Source: Gemmatimonadota bacterium (GTDB taxonomy: Bacteria > Gemmatimonadota > Gemmatimonadetes > Palauibacterales > Palauibacteraceae). Taken from it: DNA of 64,000 bases. The position numbers and the translations under genes are program-made. Location: positions 3,904,001 to 3,968,000 of the forward strand of contig OY762926.1 in assembly GCA_963666735.1 (NCBI GenBank), written 5' to 3'. Below, piece after piece: positions 1-9,812 of the stretch. The notes under the pieces were generated by a model. It was given only the letters and a program-made list of their open reading frames with translations, did no database searches and had not been told where the DNA came from. The first letter of the stretch is position 1. Every line of letters begins with the position of its first letter.

Positions 1-2106
1 ATCGAGTCCCGGTACACGACCCGCGTGGCGCGCGAGTGGGAACCCCACATCCTCTACAACCACCACCAGAGTTCGCCCTTCCCGACGCGGATCTGGATTC
101 CGCCCTTCGCCGAGCCGATCTCGCCGCACGTGCACCCGCTCATGTGGCGCATGGTGAACCTGATCGGGATGGCGATGTCGCAGGCGCTCGAGGAGCGGGG
201 GCAGCGGGGCGCGACGCACATGGGCACCGGGTTCGACAACTGGTATCCGGGGTTCATGGATCACGCGCACAACTTCCACAACGTCGTGTCGTTTCTCACC
301 GAGACGGCGCTCTACCGGTACGCGACGCCGGGCTTCTACACGATCGGCGACTTCCCGCCCTCGGACCGGGATCTGCGCCCGGAGTCGCTCTACTCCAGTC
401 CGTGGGAAGGCGGCTGGTGGCGGCTGAGGGACGCCGTCGACTACATGCTCACCGCGTCGATCTCGGTGCTCGATGTCGCGGCGAAGTACCGGACGGACCT
501 CCTCTACAACCGCTACCAGGCGGGCCGCGACATCATCGCCCAGTACGAGGAGGGTCCGCCGTACGCCTACTTCGTGCCGCAGGACCAGCGGGACCCCGTC
601 GCGGCCGTGGAGCTGCTGCGCCGGCTCGCCTTCAACGGAATCGAGATCGACCGCCTCGCGCGGGCGGCGAGCCACGAGGGACTGGACCATCCGGCGGGCA
701 CGTGGGTCATCCGCATGGACCAGGAGTTCGCCAACTTCGTGCGCCAGTTGTTCGTCCTCCAGGACTATCCCGATCTGCGGGAATACCCGGAGGGACCGCC
801 CGATCAGCCCTACGACGTCTCCGGGTGGACGCTGCCCCTGCAGATGGGGGTGCGGGTGATCGAGGCGACGTCCCCGATCGCGTCGGACGTCCGTGACGCG
901 CTGGAGCCGCTCTCGGGCGAGGCGCTCGCGTGGGATGCGGAGGTGGAGGATGCCTCGCCGTTCGATTCGCCCTTCGGCGTCGGGTTCGACTCGCACCCGG
1001 TGGCGACGGCGATCGTGCCGCCTCCCGGGCGGGTCACGGGCGGCGGATCGGAACTCGTCGTGGACCCGGCCCAGAACAACGCCTTCAAGGCGGTGAACCG
1101 GGCGTGGGCGGCGGGCGCGCGCGTCTCGTGGGCACCGGGGTCGCCGGGCGCGGATGGCGAACCGGGGACCGGCGGCCGGTACGCGATCTCGGGGTTGCCG
1201 GGCGAGACCCAACTCGTCCGCGACCTGGGGCTGCAGGCGACCCGCGGCGCGGGTAACGTGAACCTGCGCGCGCCGAGGATCGGCCTCTACCGCCCCTGGA
1301 ACGCCAGCATGGACGAGGGCTGGACGCGCTGGGCGCTGGAGCGGTACGGGTTCCGCTTCGCCAGCCTCCGCAACGCGGACGTGCTCGCCGGCGACCTGGC
1401 CGGCCGTTACGACGTGATCCTGCTTGCGGACATCTCGCGCGGCCAGATCCTGAACGGCTTCGCGAAGGGTTCCGTGCCGCCGCGCTACGAGGGCGGGCTC
1501 GGGCCGGAAGGCGTGCGCCGGCTCGACGCCTTCGTGAGGGCCGGCGGCACGCTCGTCACCCTGAACCGCAGTTCGCTGTTCGTGATCGAGGAACTACACC
1601 TGCCGGTGCGCAACGTCGTCGCGGGGCTCAGCCGCGCGGACTACTTCCAGAGCGGTTCGATCGTGGAGATGATCGTCGATCCCTCGCATCCGGTGATGGC
1701 GGGGATGCCGGAGCGGGCGGCGGTCGTCGTCGGGCAGAGCCCGGTGTTCACGACCGAGGAAGGGTTCGAGGGACGCGTGATGGCGAAGTACGCGGAGGAG
1801 GGGTCGCCGCTCCTGTCCGGATACCTGCTGGGAGCGGAACACCTCGCGGGTTACGCCGCGGCGGTCGAAGTGGCGCACGGAGAGGGACGGGTCGTGCTGC
1901 TGGGCATGCGGCCGCAGTGGCGCGGACAGCCGTTCGGGAACTTCCGCATCCTCTTCAACGCCGCGCTCTACGGCCGTGAACTCGCCGCCGCCGCACCGGA
2001 GTCGCCCGAGTTCTGGACGGCCCCTGACGAGGAGGACGACGGGAGCGATGGGAGCGATGGGAGCGGGGGCAGCGGCGGGAGCGGGCCCGGGGGCGACGGA
2101 TCATAG
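1..2106 (+). CDS. M14-family zinc carboxypeptidase-like protein with C-terminal glutamine-amidotransferase-like domain (5' partial)
   Basis: Frame is open from base 1. Motifs 'WEPHILYNHHQS', 'FDNWYPG', 'PYDVSGWTLPLQMGV' and 'SMDEGWTRW' are typical of the large bacterial M14 peptidases. Gly/Asp/Ser low-complexity tail. Confidence 0.75.
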   Translation: MESRYTTRVAREWEPHILYNHHQSSPFPTRIWIPPFAEPISPHVHPLMWRMVNLIGMAMSQALEERGQRGATHMGTGFDNWYPGFMDHAHNFHNVVSFLTETALYRYATPGFYTIGDFPPSDRDLRPESLYSSPWEGGWWRLRDAVDYMLTASISVLDVAAKYRTDLLYNRYQAGRDIIAQYEEGPPYAYFVPQDQRDPVAAVELLRRLAFNGIEIDRLARAASHEGLDHPAGTWVIRMDQEFANFVRQLFVLQDYPDLREYPEGPPDQPYDVSGWTLPLQMGVRVIEATSPIASDVRDALEPLSGEALAWDAEVEDASPFDSPFGVGFDSHPVATAIVPPPGRVTGGGSELVVDPAQNNAFKAVNRAWAAGARVSWAPGSPGADGEPGTGGRYAISGLPGETQLVRDLGLQATRGAGNVNLRAPRIGLYRPWNASMDEGWTRWALERYGFRFASLRNADVLAGDLAGRYDVILLADISRGQILNGFAKGSVPPRYEGGLGPEGVRRLDAFVRAGGTLVTLNRSSLFVIEELHLPVRNVVAGLSRADYFQSGSIVEMIVDPSHPVMAGMPERAAVVVGQSPVFTTEEGFEGRVMAKYAEEGSPLLSGYLLGAEHLAGYAAAVEVAHGEGRVVLLGMRPQWRGQPFGNFRILFNAALYGRELAAAAPESPEFWTAPDEEDDGSDGSDGSGGSGGSGPGGDGS

Positions 2107-2141
2107 CGCTGCGGCGATCGCGCCCCGGCTGGACGGGCTGG

Positions 2142-2981
2142 ATGCTCCTTCTTCTCCTCGCGACCGCGGCCCTGCTCGCCGCGTGGGCGTTCTGGTGGGA
2201 GCCCGGCCGACTGGTCCTCAACCGGACCGACCTTGAGGTGCCGGGGTGGCCCGAGGGGGAGGAAACCCGCATCGCGCTCATCGCGGACCTGCACGTGGGG
2301 TCGCCCCGGAACGGCCGGGACAACCTGCGCCGCGTCGTGCGGCGGGTGAACGAGACGCTGCCGGATCTCGTTTTCATCGCCGGCGATCTGACGATCGACA
2401 ACGTCATGGGCGGCCGATTCGTGCCGCCGGAGGAGATCGCCGAGGACCTCGCCGCTCTCGACGCTCGCCACGGCGTGTTCGCGGTGCTCGGCAACCACGA
2501 CCGCTGGCTGTCGGCCGAGCGCGTGGAGGAGGCGCTCTCCGGCGTCGGGATCACCGTCCTCGACAACCGGGGCCGGCGGGCGCGCGTGCGGGGCAACGAC
2601 GTCTGGATCGCGGGCGTGGCGGACTTCTGGACGGGCCATCCGTCGGTCGAGGATGCGCTCGATGGGGCCCGTTCCGGGGAGCCCGTGATCATCCTCACGC
2701 ACAACCCGGACATCTTTCCCGAGGTGCCGGCGCGGGCCTCGCTGACGCTGGCCGGGCACACGCACGGCGGACAGGTCGTCATCCCGTTCGTGGGGCCGGG
2801 GATCACCCCCTCCCGTTTCGGGGACCGATACGCGGCGGGTCACGTGGTGGAGGACGGACGACACCTCTTCGTGACGACCGGCGTGGGGACGAGCCGGCTC
2901 GGCGTGCGCTTCCTCGTGCCGCCCGAAATCGTCGCGCTCCGGCTTACGCGCTGCGAATCCTGCGAGTCGCCGCCGGAGTGA
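2142..2981 (+). CDS. Metallophosphoesterase (YkuE-like, calcineurin-like)
   Basis: N-terminal TM/signal segment; DLH, GD, GNHD, THNPD and GHTHGGQ motifs. Confidence 0.9.
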   Translation: MLLLLLATAALLAAWAFWWEPGRLVLNRTDLEVPGWPEGEETRIALIADLHVGSPRNGRDNLRRVVRRVNETLPDLVFIAGDLTIDNVMGGRFVPPEEIAEDLAALDARHGVFAVLGNHDRWLSAERVEEALSGVGITVLDNRGRRARVRGNDVWIAGVADFWTGHPSVEDALDGARSGEPVIILTHNPDIFPEVPARASLTLAGHTHGGQVVIPFVGPGITPSRFGDRYAAGHVVEDGRHLFVTTGVGTSRLGVRFLVPPEIVALRLTRCESCESPPE

Positions 2982-3073
2982 CTATCATCCCGCCCACGCG
3001 GGCCCTTGCGGCACGGGCTGCCGGCCCGCGGTTGGAACCTCGAACCGGATCCGAAATCGGAGCGACACCGAAC

Positions 3074-3748
3074 ATGCCGCATCATTCGACATCGCGCGGG
3101 CGCAGCGGGCGCGTCGCCGGCGCCGCGTGGCGTCTGGCCATCGCAATCCTGGTCCTGCTACCGCTCGCCGCCTCCGCCCAGGAAGACAAGCTGCCGCCGC
3201 CCGAGGGCTGGCTCGCCCGCACGGATCACGGAGGCGACGGAGTGGAGGCCCTTCAGGAAATGCCGCCCGGCTGGCACGTCACCACGGGGCCGGCCGGCAT
3301 CTTCTACGATCCCGAGGCCCGGGCGGACGGCGACTTTCGCGTCGAGTCCACGGTCTTCCTGTTCGACCCCGAAGGCCGGAACGAAGGGTTCGGCGTCTTC
3401 ATCGGCGGCGTCGATCTCGAGGGAGACGGCCAGGCCTACACCTACCTCCTCATCCGGGCGGACGGGAGCGTGATCGTGAAGCGCCGGGATGGTGACGCGA
3501 CCTCCACGCTGCTCGACTGGACGAAGCACGAGGCGGTCGTCACCTGGGCGGCGCGGGGCGAGGGTGCGGCGACGGCGAAGAACGTGCTCTTCGTGGAGGC
3601 CGGGGGCGAAGAGGTGATCTTCGGCGTGAACGAGCGGGAAGTGTTCCGGACGGCGAGAACCGGGCAGCACGTCGACGGCGTCGTCGGGTTGAGGGTCAAC
3701 CACGGCCTCAACCTGCACTTTTCCTCGCTGGAGGTGACCGATGGCTGA
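3074..3748 (+). CDS. Secreted hypothetical protein, probable ConA/LamG-like beta-sandwich (DUF1080-like)
   Basis: ATG at 3074 inside the 2246..3748 ORF; signal peptide ending 'ASA-QED'; beta-rich body ending 'GVVGLRVNHGLNLHFSSLEV'. Confidence 0.6.
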   Translation: MPHHSTSRGRSGRVAGAAWRLAIAILVLLPLAASAQEDKLPPPEGWLARTDHGGDGVEALQEMPPGWHVTTGPAGIFYDPEARADGDFRVESTVFLFDPEGRNEGFGVFIGGVDLEGDGQAYTYLLIRADGSVIVKRRDGDATSTLLDWTKHEAVVTWAARGEGAATAKNVLFVEAGGEEVIFGVNEREVFRTARTGQHVDGVVGLRVNHGLNLHFSSLEVTDG

Positions 3749-4211
3749 GTCCACCGCGGGGCCCGCCGGCTCCGGATCGGCGCGGCTCGAAGCGATCTGG
3801 CTCAAGTCGGCGCGGAAGGGCGCCATGGAGCCGGTACCGGGTGCCACCCTCGTCGCGGGGAAGGGTCTGGAGGGCAACGTCGACCGCGGCGGCTACCGGC
3901 AGGTGACTCTTCTCGACGCGGACGCGTGGGAGGCGGCGACGCGGGAGATCGGCGTCGATCTGGCTCCGGAGGCCCGCCGGGCCAACCTGCTCGTGCGGGG
4001 CGTCGACTTCTGCGAGACGGCGGACCGGGTGCTGCGGATCGCCGGCTGTCGCATCCGCATTCGCGGCGAGACGCTGCCCTGCGGGCGCATGGAGGACGCG
4101 GCGCCGGGGCTCAAGGCGGCGCTGGCGCCCGACTGGCGCGGCGGCGCGTACGGGATGGTGCTCGAGGGCGGCCCCCTCGCCCTCGGCGATGCGGTGGCCT
4201 GGGAATCCTGA
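3741..4211 (+). CDS. MOSC domain-containing protein
   Basis: 'GLEGN', 'RQVTL', 'RRANLLVRG', conserved 'PCGRM' cysteine and 'RGGAYGMVLEGG'. Confidence 0.85.
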   Translation: MAESTAGPAGSGSARLEAIWLKSARKGAMEPVPGATLVAGKGLEGNVDRGGYRQVTLLDADAWEAATREIGVDLAPEARRANLLVRGVDFCETADRVLRIAGCRIRIRGETLPCGRMEDAAPGLKAALAPDWRGGAYGMVLEGGPLALGDAVAWES

Positions 4212-4247
4212 CGCCCGGCCCGCGGGCGCCGGCGAGCGGGTGAACCC

Positions 4248-5219
4248 GTGACGAGCGGGCGGCCGGCGGCGGTCGTCTTCGGCCTCGTCGTCCTCGCGGC
4301 GACCGTGGCGGGGTGCGGCGCTCCGGGCTCCGAAGCGGGCCCGCCGACCCGAGCGGGTTCGCTCTCCGTCTTCGAGGCCGAACTCTTCTACCAGACGGTC
4401 GGGGTCGGAGAGCCCGTCGTCGTCGTGCACGGCGGGCCGGGCCTCGACCACTCGTACCTTCGTCCGTGGTTCGGACCGCTGGCGGAGACGCACCAGGTCA
4501 TCTTCTACGATCAGCGGGGCCTGGGGGGGTCGAGGGCCGTGGTGAACGCGGCGAGCCTCTCGATGGAGCGCTACCTCACGGATATCGACCGGATCCGCGA
4601 ACACGTCGCGCAACGCGAGAAGGTCACGCTGCTCGCGCACTCATGGGGAGCGATTCCCGCTCTCCTCTACGCGATGGAGCGTCCCGAGCGGCTGGCCGCG
4701 CTCATCCTCGTCGCGCCCGTCGAACCGGGCAGCCGCTTTCGCGAGCAGACCGACGAGAACCAGTTGGCCCGGCGGGACTCGGCCGACCTCGCGGCCATCG
4801 ACTCGATTCGGGGAACGCCGGAGTTCGCGGCGCGGGAGGCAGAGGCCATCAGCCAGGTTTTCTTCCACGTCTTCCGCGGTACGTTCGCGGACGCGGGCGT
4901 GGCGGACCGCCTGCTTCGTCTCTCCCTGCACGAGAGGACGGCGAGCCAGGGCCAGCTCGTCGCGACCCTGCTCATGACACCGCTCCAGGGGCTCGACTTC
5001 TGGGACCGTCTGGGCCAGATCGAGGTCCCGGTGCTCATCGTGCACGGCGCGGAGGATCCGATCCCCACCGAGATGGTGGAGGAGATGAACAGTGCCCTGC
5101 CGAACAGCCGCCTGATTCGGGTCGACGGATCGGGGCATTTTCCGTTCATCGAGAAGCCGGCGCCGTTCTGGGACGGCGTGCGGGAATTTCTTCAGCAGCG
5201 GTTGCGGGAAGGACCGTGA
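4248..5219 (+). CDS. Alpha/beta hydrolase (proline iminopeptidase-like), lipoprotein
   Basis: Lipobox-like 'VAGC', HGGPG oxyanion motif, 'YDQRGLG', nucleophile 'AHSWG', catalytic D (GAED) and H (SGHFP). Confidence 0.85.
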   Translation: MTSGRPAAVVFGLVVLAATVAGCGAPGSEAGPPTRAGSLSVFEAELFYQTVGVGEPVVVVHGGPGLDHSYLRPWFGPLAETHQVIFYDQRGLGGSRAVVNAASLSMERYLTDIDRIREHVAQREKVTLLAHSWGAIPALLYAMERPERLAALILVAPVEPGSRFREQTDENQLARRDSADLAAIDSIRGTPEFAAREAEAISQVFFHVFRGTFADAGVADRLLRLSLHERTASQGQLVATLLMTPLQGLDFWDRLGQIEVPVLIVHGAEDPIPTEMVEEMNSALPNSRLIRVDGSGHFPFIEKPAPFWDGVREFLQQRLREGP

Positions 5220-5953
5220 CCGCGGGCGGCCCGGCGCCGGGCCCGATCCGCGACCCGGCTCCCCTGCGAGGCGCCCTCTCCCGCCTCAATGAAGCGCGGC
5301 TCGCGCCCGAAGGCAGTTTCGCCCGCCTCGCCGCCCTGCTTTCGGGGTTCGAGGAGCTTGCCGCGGTGCTGCCGGGCGAGGACCGCCGGCCCGGGGCGGC
5401 GGGGGCGCTGGCGGAACTCGAAGCGCTTCTGGCCGAACCGGGCGCGGAAACCGGCGCCGCGGCGCTGCGCGGATACCTCGAACCCATCCTCGAACGGCTG
5501 ATCGAGGCTCTGCTCGACCATCCGGAGCGGCGCCTGGCCGCGTACGGGTCCCTCCTACCCGGCGAGAACAACCATCATCACATGGCGACGCTCGTCGGAC
5601 GCTGGGTGGACGGGACGGTGGAGGGCACGCTTCACGACCGAGGCTGGGCGGCGCGGCAGGGCTATCCCGGGTTCGTCCCCGGAACGTCATCCGGCCGCGT
5701 GGGAACTTCCGGCGAGCGCGTGGCGGTGAAGGTGTTCGAAAGTCTCGCGCTCCCCGAGGCGTGGGACCGGCTGGATGCGTTCGAGGGCGCGGCCTACCGG
5801 AGGATCCTCGCCCCCGTGGAGACGAGGGTGGGAACCGGGGCCGGAAGCGAGACCGCGTGGCGGGTCTGCAACATCTACCAACTCACGGACCTCGCGCCCC
5901 GGCCGGCCCGCGCGCCAGATCGCGCTTCGGATCGCGAGAGCGACCCCGCCTGA
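5216..5953 (+). CDS. Gamma-glutamylcyclotransferase (AIG2-like) family protein with helical N-terminal extension
   Basis: GTG overlapping the upstream stop; 'LAAYGSL', 'GYPG' and 'WDRLDAFEGAAYRR' GGCT motifs. Confidence 0.75.
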   Translation: MTAGGPAPGPIRDPAPLRGALSRLNEARLAPEGSFARLAALLSGFEELAAVLPGEDRRPGAAGALAELEALLAEPGAETGAAALRGYLEPILERLIEALLDHPERRLAAYGSLLPGENNHHHMATLVGRWVDGTVEGTLHDRGWAARQGYPGFVPGTSSGRVGTSGERVAVKVFESLALPEAWDRLDAFEGAAYRRILAPVETRVGTGAGSETAWRVCNIYQLTDLAPRPARAPDRASDRESDPA

Positions 5954-5974
5954 GCGGCGGCAGGCGGTCGGGTC

Positions 5975-6853
5975 CTACTCGTCGGCCTTCACTTCCTCCC
6001 ACACGGCGTCGAGCGTCGCGAGATCCGCGCCCTTCCACTCGAGGCCGCGGCTCTCCGCCAGTTCGACCATGCGCCGGCAGCGACGTTCGAACTTCTCGAC
6101 CGCGCCGAGAAGCGCGTTGGCCGGGTGGGCGCCGGCCCACCGCGAGGCGTTCACCACCGCGAAGAGCAGGTCCCCCACCTCCTCGACGACCTCCGGGCTC
6201 GCTTCTCCGATCCGGGGCGGCGCGGCCGATCCGGGAGAACCGGACGCGCCTGCCGCGTTTTCGGCGTCTTCGGCGTCTTCGGCGGCTGCCTGCTCGAGTT
6301 CCGCCGTCTCTTCGCGCACCTTCTCCATCGGCCCCGCGAGGTCGGCCCAGTCGAAGCCGAACCCCGCCATCCGCTCCTGCACGCGCGCCGCGCGGCTGAG
6401 CGGATCGAGCCCGGCCGAGACCCCGTCGAAGGGGTCGTCCGGAGACTCGCGTTCCGCCGCCTTGAGCGACTCCCAGTCGGGTGGGGCGTCGGCGTCGCCG
6501 TACACGTGGGGGTGACGGACCTCCATCTTCGCCTCGAGCGCTTCGACGACATCGGTGGCCGCGAAGGCGCCGCGCTCTTCGGCGAGCACGATCTGGAAGG
6601 CGACATTCAGGAGCAGGTCGCCCAGTTCTCCCGAGAGCTCTCGGTCGTCTCCGGCCCGGATCGCGTCCGCGACCTCGTGCGCCTCCTCGAGTAGGTACGG
6701 ACGGAGCGTCTGCGGCGTCTGCTTCGCGTCCCAGGGACAGCGGACGCGCAGGAAGCGGACCAGAGCGAGGGCGCGGGCGAGGGCATCGTCCCCTTCGCGC
6801 GCCTCGTCCGCGTGGAGACGCTCGAGGTCGGCGGCGGCGGTTGGCTCCGGCAT
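5975..6853 (-). CDS. mazG: Nucleoside triphosphate pyrophosphohydrolase MazG
   Basis: 'CPWDAKQT', 'EEAHEV', 'ELGDLL', 'RHPHVY', 'GFDW' and 'EEVGDLLF': two MazG domains. Start taken at ATG 6853. Confidence 0.9.
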   Translation of the reverse strand: MPEPTAAADLERLHADEAREGDDALARALALVRFLRVRCPWDAKQTPQTLRPYLLEEAHEVADAIRAGDDRELSGELGDLLLNVAFQIVLAEERGAFAATDVVEALEAKMEVRHPHVYGDADAPPDWESLKAAERESPDDPFDGVSAGLDPLSRAARVQERMAGFGFDWADLAGPMEKVREETAELEQAAAEDAEDAENAAGASGSPGSAAPPRIGEASPEVVEEVGDLLFAVVNASRWAGAHPANALLGAVEKFERRCRRMVELAESRGLEWKGADLATLDAVWEEVKADE

Positions 6854-6967
6854 GGTGGCGAAGGTATCACCCGGTGGCAGGACGCCGCTGCATTCGACAG
6901 GTTGCTCACCTCCGGGCCGGCCCCGCCGACGGGCCGACAGGACCTTCTCCCGAACCCCCGGCGACGC

Positions 6968-8140
6968 TTGACCCGCAGCCGCGAAGACCCCCCGCACCGA
7001 GCGTGGCTCGAGGTCGATCTGGCCGCGCTGTCGCGGAACGCCCGGCGCATGGCGAAACATGTGGCCCCCGCCCGCTTCGTCCCCATGGTCAAGGCGGACG
7101 CGTACGGCCTCGGCGCCATCGAGGTCGCCCGCGCCCTGGACCGGCTGGAGCCCTACGCCTTCGGGGTTGCGACGCCGCCGGAAGGGGCGGAACTCCGGCG
7201 GAGCGGGATCGAGCGCCGCATCGTCGTCTTCGCCCCCTCGGCCGCCGCCGAGATCTCCCAGCTTCTCGAGGCGCGGCTCGAGAGCGCGGCGCTGAGCCTG
7301 GCCTCGCTCGCAAAGCTCGAGGCCGGGGCGCGGGCGGCGTCCTCCCGGATGCCCGTCCATCTCGAGGTCGACACCGGCATGGGTCGCGCGGGCCTCCCGG
7401 AGGCCGAGGCCGCGGCGTGGACGCCCGAGGTGGCGGCGATCCTCTCGAGGGGCGGCGTGTCGCTGGCGAGCGTCTACACCCATTTCCATTCCGCCGGCAC
7501 GGATCCGGCCGCGACCTCCCTTCAGTTGACCCGCTTGCGGCGGGCCGCATCGATCCTGGAGGAGGCCGGCGTCGAGGTCCCCTTCCTGCATGCGGCGAAC
7601 AGCGATGCGGCGATGGGAGATGAGCAGTATCATCTGGGGCTCGTCAGACCGGGGATCTACCTGTACGGGGGACGGCGGGGGGCGGGCGCCGCGGGCGCGC
7701 CGGCGGACCCGGAGAGTGTGGCGCGGGTACGCGCGAGGGTCCTGGAAGTTCGTGACCTCGCGCCGGACTCGACCGTCAGCTACGGGGCCACCTACACGAC
7801 GAAGCGCGCCGAACGTCTCGCCACTCTCGGGATCGGGTACGCGGATGGGGTGCCGTGGCGCCTGTCGAACCGGGGACAGGCGCTCATCCGCGGAGTCCGG
7901 ACGCCGATCCGCGGCGGCGTCTGCATGGACGTGACGTCGGTAGACGTTTCCGGCGCGCCGGGTGTCGAAGCTGCGGATGTGGCCACGCTGCTGGGCCGTG
8001 ACGGAGGGGAAGAGATCGCGCTGGCGGACTTCGCGGAGACCGCCGGGACGATCGAATACGAAGTGCTGACGGCGATCGGACGGCGCCTGCCCCGACACTA
8101 CGTGGGCCGGCCGGTCGACGCCGCGGATGGGAGCCGATGA
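6968..8140 (+). CDS. alr: Alanine racemase
   Basis: 'VKADAYG' PLP lysine, 'VDTGMGR', 'HAANS', 'VRPGI', 'VSYG', 'GYADG', 'CMD'. Start (TTG 6968) is approximate. Confidence 0.93.
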   Translation: MTRSREDPPHRAWLEVDLAALSRNARRMAKHVAPARFVPMVKADAYGLGAIEVARALDRLEPYAFGVATPPEGAELRRSGIERRIVVFAPSAAAEISQLLEARLESAALSLASLAKLEAGARAASSRMPVHLEVDTGMGRAGLPEAEAAAWTPEVAAILSRGGVSLASVYTHFHSAGTDPAATSLQLTRLRRAASILEEAGVEVPFLHAANSDAAMGDEQYHLGLVRPGIYLYGGRRGAGAAGAPADPESVARVRARVLEVRDLAPDSTVSYGATYTTKRAERLATLGIGYADGVPWRLSNRGQALIRGVRTPIRGGVCMDVTSVDVSGAPGVEAADVATLLGRDGGEEIALADFAETAGTIEYEVLTAIGRRLPRHYVGRPVDAADGSR

Positions 8141-8583
8141 CGGAGACTCGAGTGACAGCCGGAGAGCCGCTCTCGTGGGAAGATCTCGCCGCCCGCGCGA
8201 GGGTCGCCCGCGAACGGGCGTACGCGCCGTATTCCCGTTTCCGCGTCGGCGCCGCGCTCGAGGCCGATGACGGCCGGGTCTTCGCCGGGTGCAATGTGGA
8301 GAACGCCTCCTACCCGGTGGGGACGTGCGCGGAACGCGTCGCGCTGGGGCACGCGGTCGTTTGGGGGGCGCGCGCCTTCTGCCGCATCGCCATCGCGACG
8401 AGCGGCGCCATCCCGGCCCCGCCGTGCGGCATGTGCCGCCAGGCGCTCGCCGAGTTCGGCCGGGAACTCGAGGTCATGAGCATCGGAACGAACGGGGAGT
8501 CGATCACCTGGCGGTTGCGGGACCTGCTGCCGGCGAACTTCTCGCTCGAGCGGATGGCCGCGCCGGCGGAGACGGGCCCGTGA
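8137..8583 (+). CDS. cdd: Cytidine deaminase
   Basis: 'AYAPYSRFRVGAA', 'NVENASY', 'CAER' and 'PCGMCRQ' zinc motifs. Confidence 0.95.
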   Translation: MTETRVTAGEPLSWEDLAARARVARERAYAPYSRFRVGAALEADDGRVFAGCNVENASYPVGTCAERVALGHAVVWGARAFCRIAIATSGAIPAPPCGMCRQALAEFGRELEVMSIGTNGESITWRLRDLLPANFSLERMAAPAETGP

Positions 8584-9812
8584 GCGGACGGGGACTCGCA
8601 GCGCTCGTCACGATGGTCGTCCTGGTCATGCCGGCCGCCTGTGCGGAGGACCCGCTCTCCCTGGGCTCCGAGAAGGTTCCCGGCGCCGGCGTGGAGACGC
8701 GCGACGTCACCATCTCGGCTTCCGAACTGTTGTCCTGGCGGGATACGACGCTGACCGGTTTCGCTCGGCCCTCCACCGCGCCGTTCGTGTATGTCTCCGC
8801 CGAGACGGACGTGTCGAGTCGCGGGCTCGCGCGCTTCGACGTCCCCGACACGGTTCGGACGTTCGTCGACACGCTGCCGGTCGCGAAGTTCGAGGAGGTG
8901 GAGTTCCTGCTTCGCTTCGACACGATCCGCTCCGAGTTCACGACCTTTCCGCTCACAGTCAAACTCGTCGAACTGGGGCAGCGTTTCGCGCCTCATGACG
9001 CGACGTGGGAGGAGGCCGCCGCCGGGGTCCCGTGGGCGGTGCCCGGGGGCGACCTCGGGGTCGAGATCGCGTCGGCGGTGCTGGAGGCGGTCTCGGATAC
9101 GCTCCTCATGACGCCGGCCGTGGCGGAGGATTCGTTGATGAAGGCGTGGCAGCGGACGGACGGGGGCAACGGCTTCGCCATCGTGCTGGACGGCCCGGAA
9201 ACGAAGCTCTGGGTGACGCAGATGGTCCTCCGATACGACCCGACCCTCGTCGGGCGAACCCTTCCGGTACCCCAGTCCCAGTTGTGGGAAGAACACGCGT
9301 TCATCCTGGATCCTCCCCAGCCGCCGACGGGTACGGAGCTTCGCGTCGGCGGTCTCCCCGCCTCGCGCATCTACTTCGAGTTCGTGCCGCCCGGAATTTT
9401 CGGGGAAGCAGCGCTTGAAGGGGCTACGGTCAGCCAGGCCGAAGTCATCCTCCATCCCCTGGCCGCGCCCGATCCGTATGCGGCGGAGCGCAGCATCCAG
9501 GCCCGAAAGATCAGTCTGCTCGCCGACCCGTTCGAGGCCGGTGAAAAGACCCCGATCGGGAGCGGGGATCTGATCGCGACAACGCTCGATCCCGCCAGAC
9601 TCCGCGAGGGTGAGCCGGTTCGCCTCGACATCACGCTCCTGATGGCGCGGGCTGTCCGGGATTCGCTGAGGCGCATCCGGATCGGCTTGCGGGCGGACCC
9701 GGATGCGCAGGCGCTGGGCTACTGGGAGTTCGGCTCCGCCGAGTCGCCGCCGGAATTCCAGCCGCGGGTCCGAATCGTATTCAGTTCGGCGCCCCGCTTC
9801 ACGGTGCCGTGA
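8580..9812 (+). CDS. Hypothetical lipoprotein
   Basis: GTG overlapping the cdd stop; hydrophobic signal ending 'PAAC'; high-GC codon pattern. Confidence 0.65.
   Translation: MSGRGLAALVTMVVLVMPAACAEDPLSLGSEKVPGAGVETRDVTISASELLSWRDTTLTGFARPSTAPFVYVSAETDVSSRGLARFDVPDTVRTFVDTLPVAKFEEVEFLLRFDTIRSEFTTFPLTVKLVELGQRFAPHDATWEEAAAGVPWAVPGGDLGVEIASAVLEAVSDTLLMTPAVAEDSLMKAWQRTDGGNGFAIVLDGPETKLWVTQMVLRYDPTLVGRTLPVPQSQLWEEHAFILDPPQPPTGTELRVGGLPASRIYFEFVPPGIFGEAALEGATVSQAEVILHPLAAPDPYAAERSIQARKISLLADPFEAGEKTPIGSGDLIATTLDPARLREGEPVRLDITLLMARAVRDSLRRIRIGLRADPDAQALGYWEFGSAESPPEFQPRVRIVFSSAPRFTVP

Noticed and set aside
3040..3055. TCGAA-N6-CCGAA as another candidate LexA box
   Set aside because: A single degenerate match upstream of a gene with no repair function; compatible with chance.
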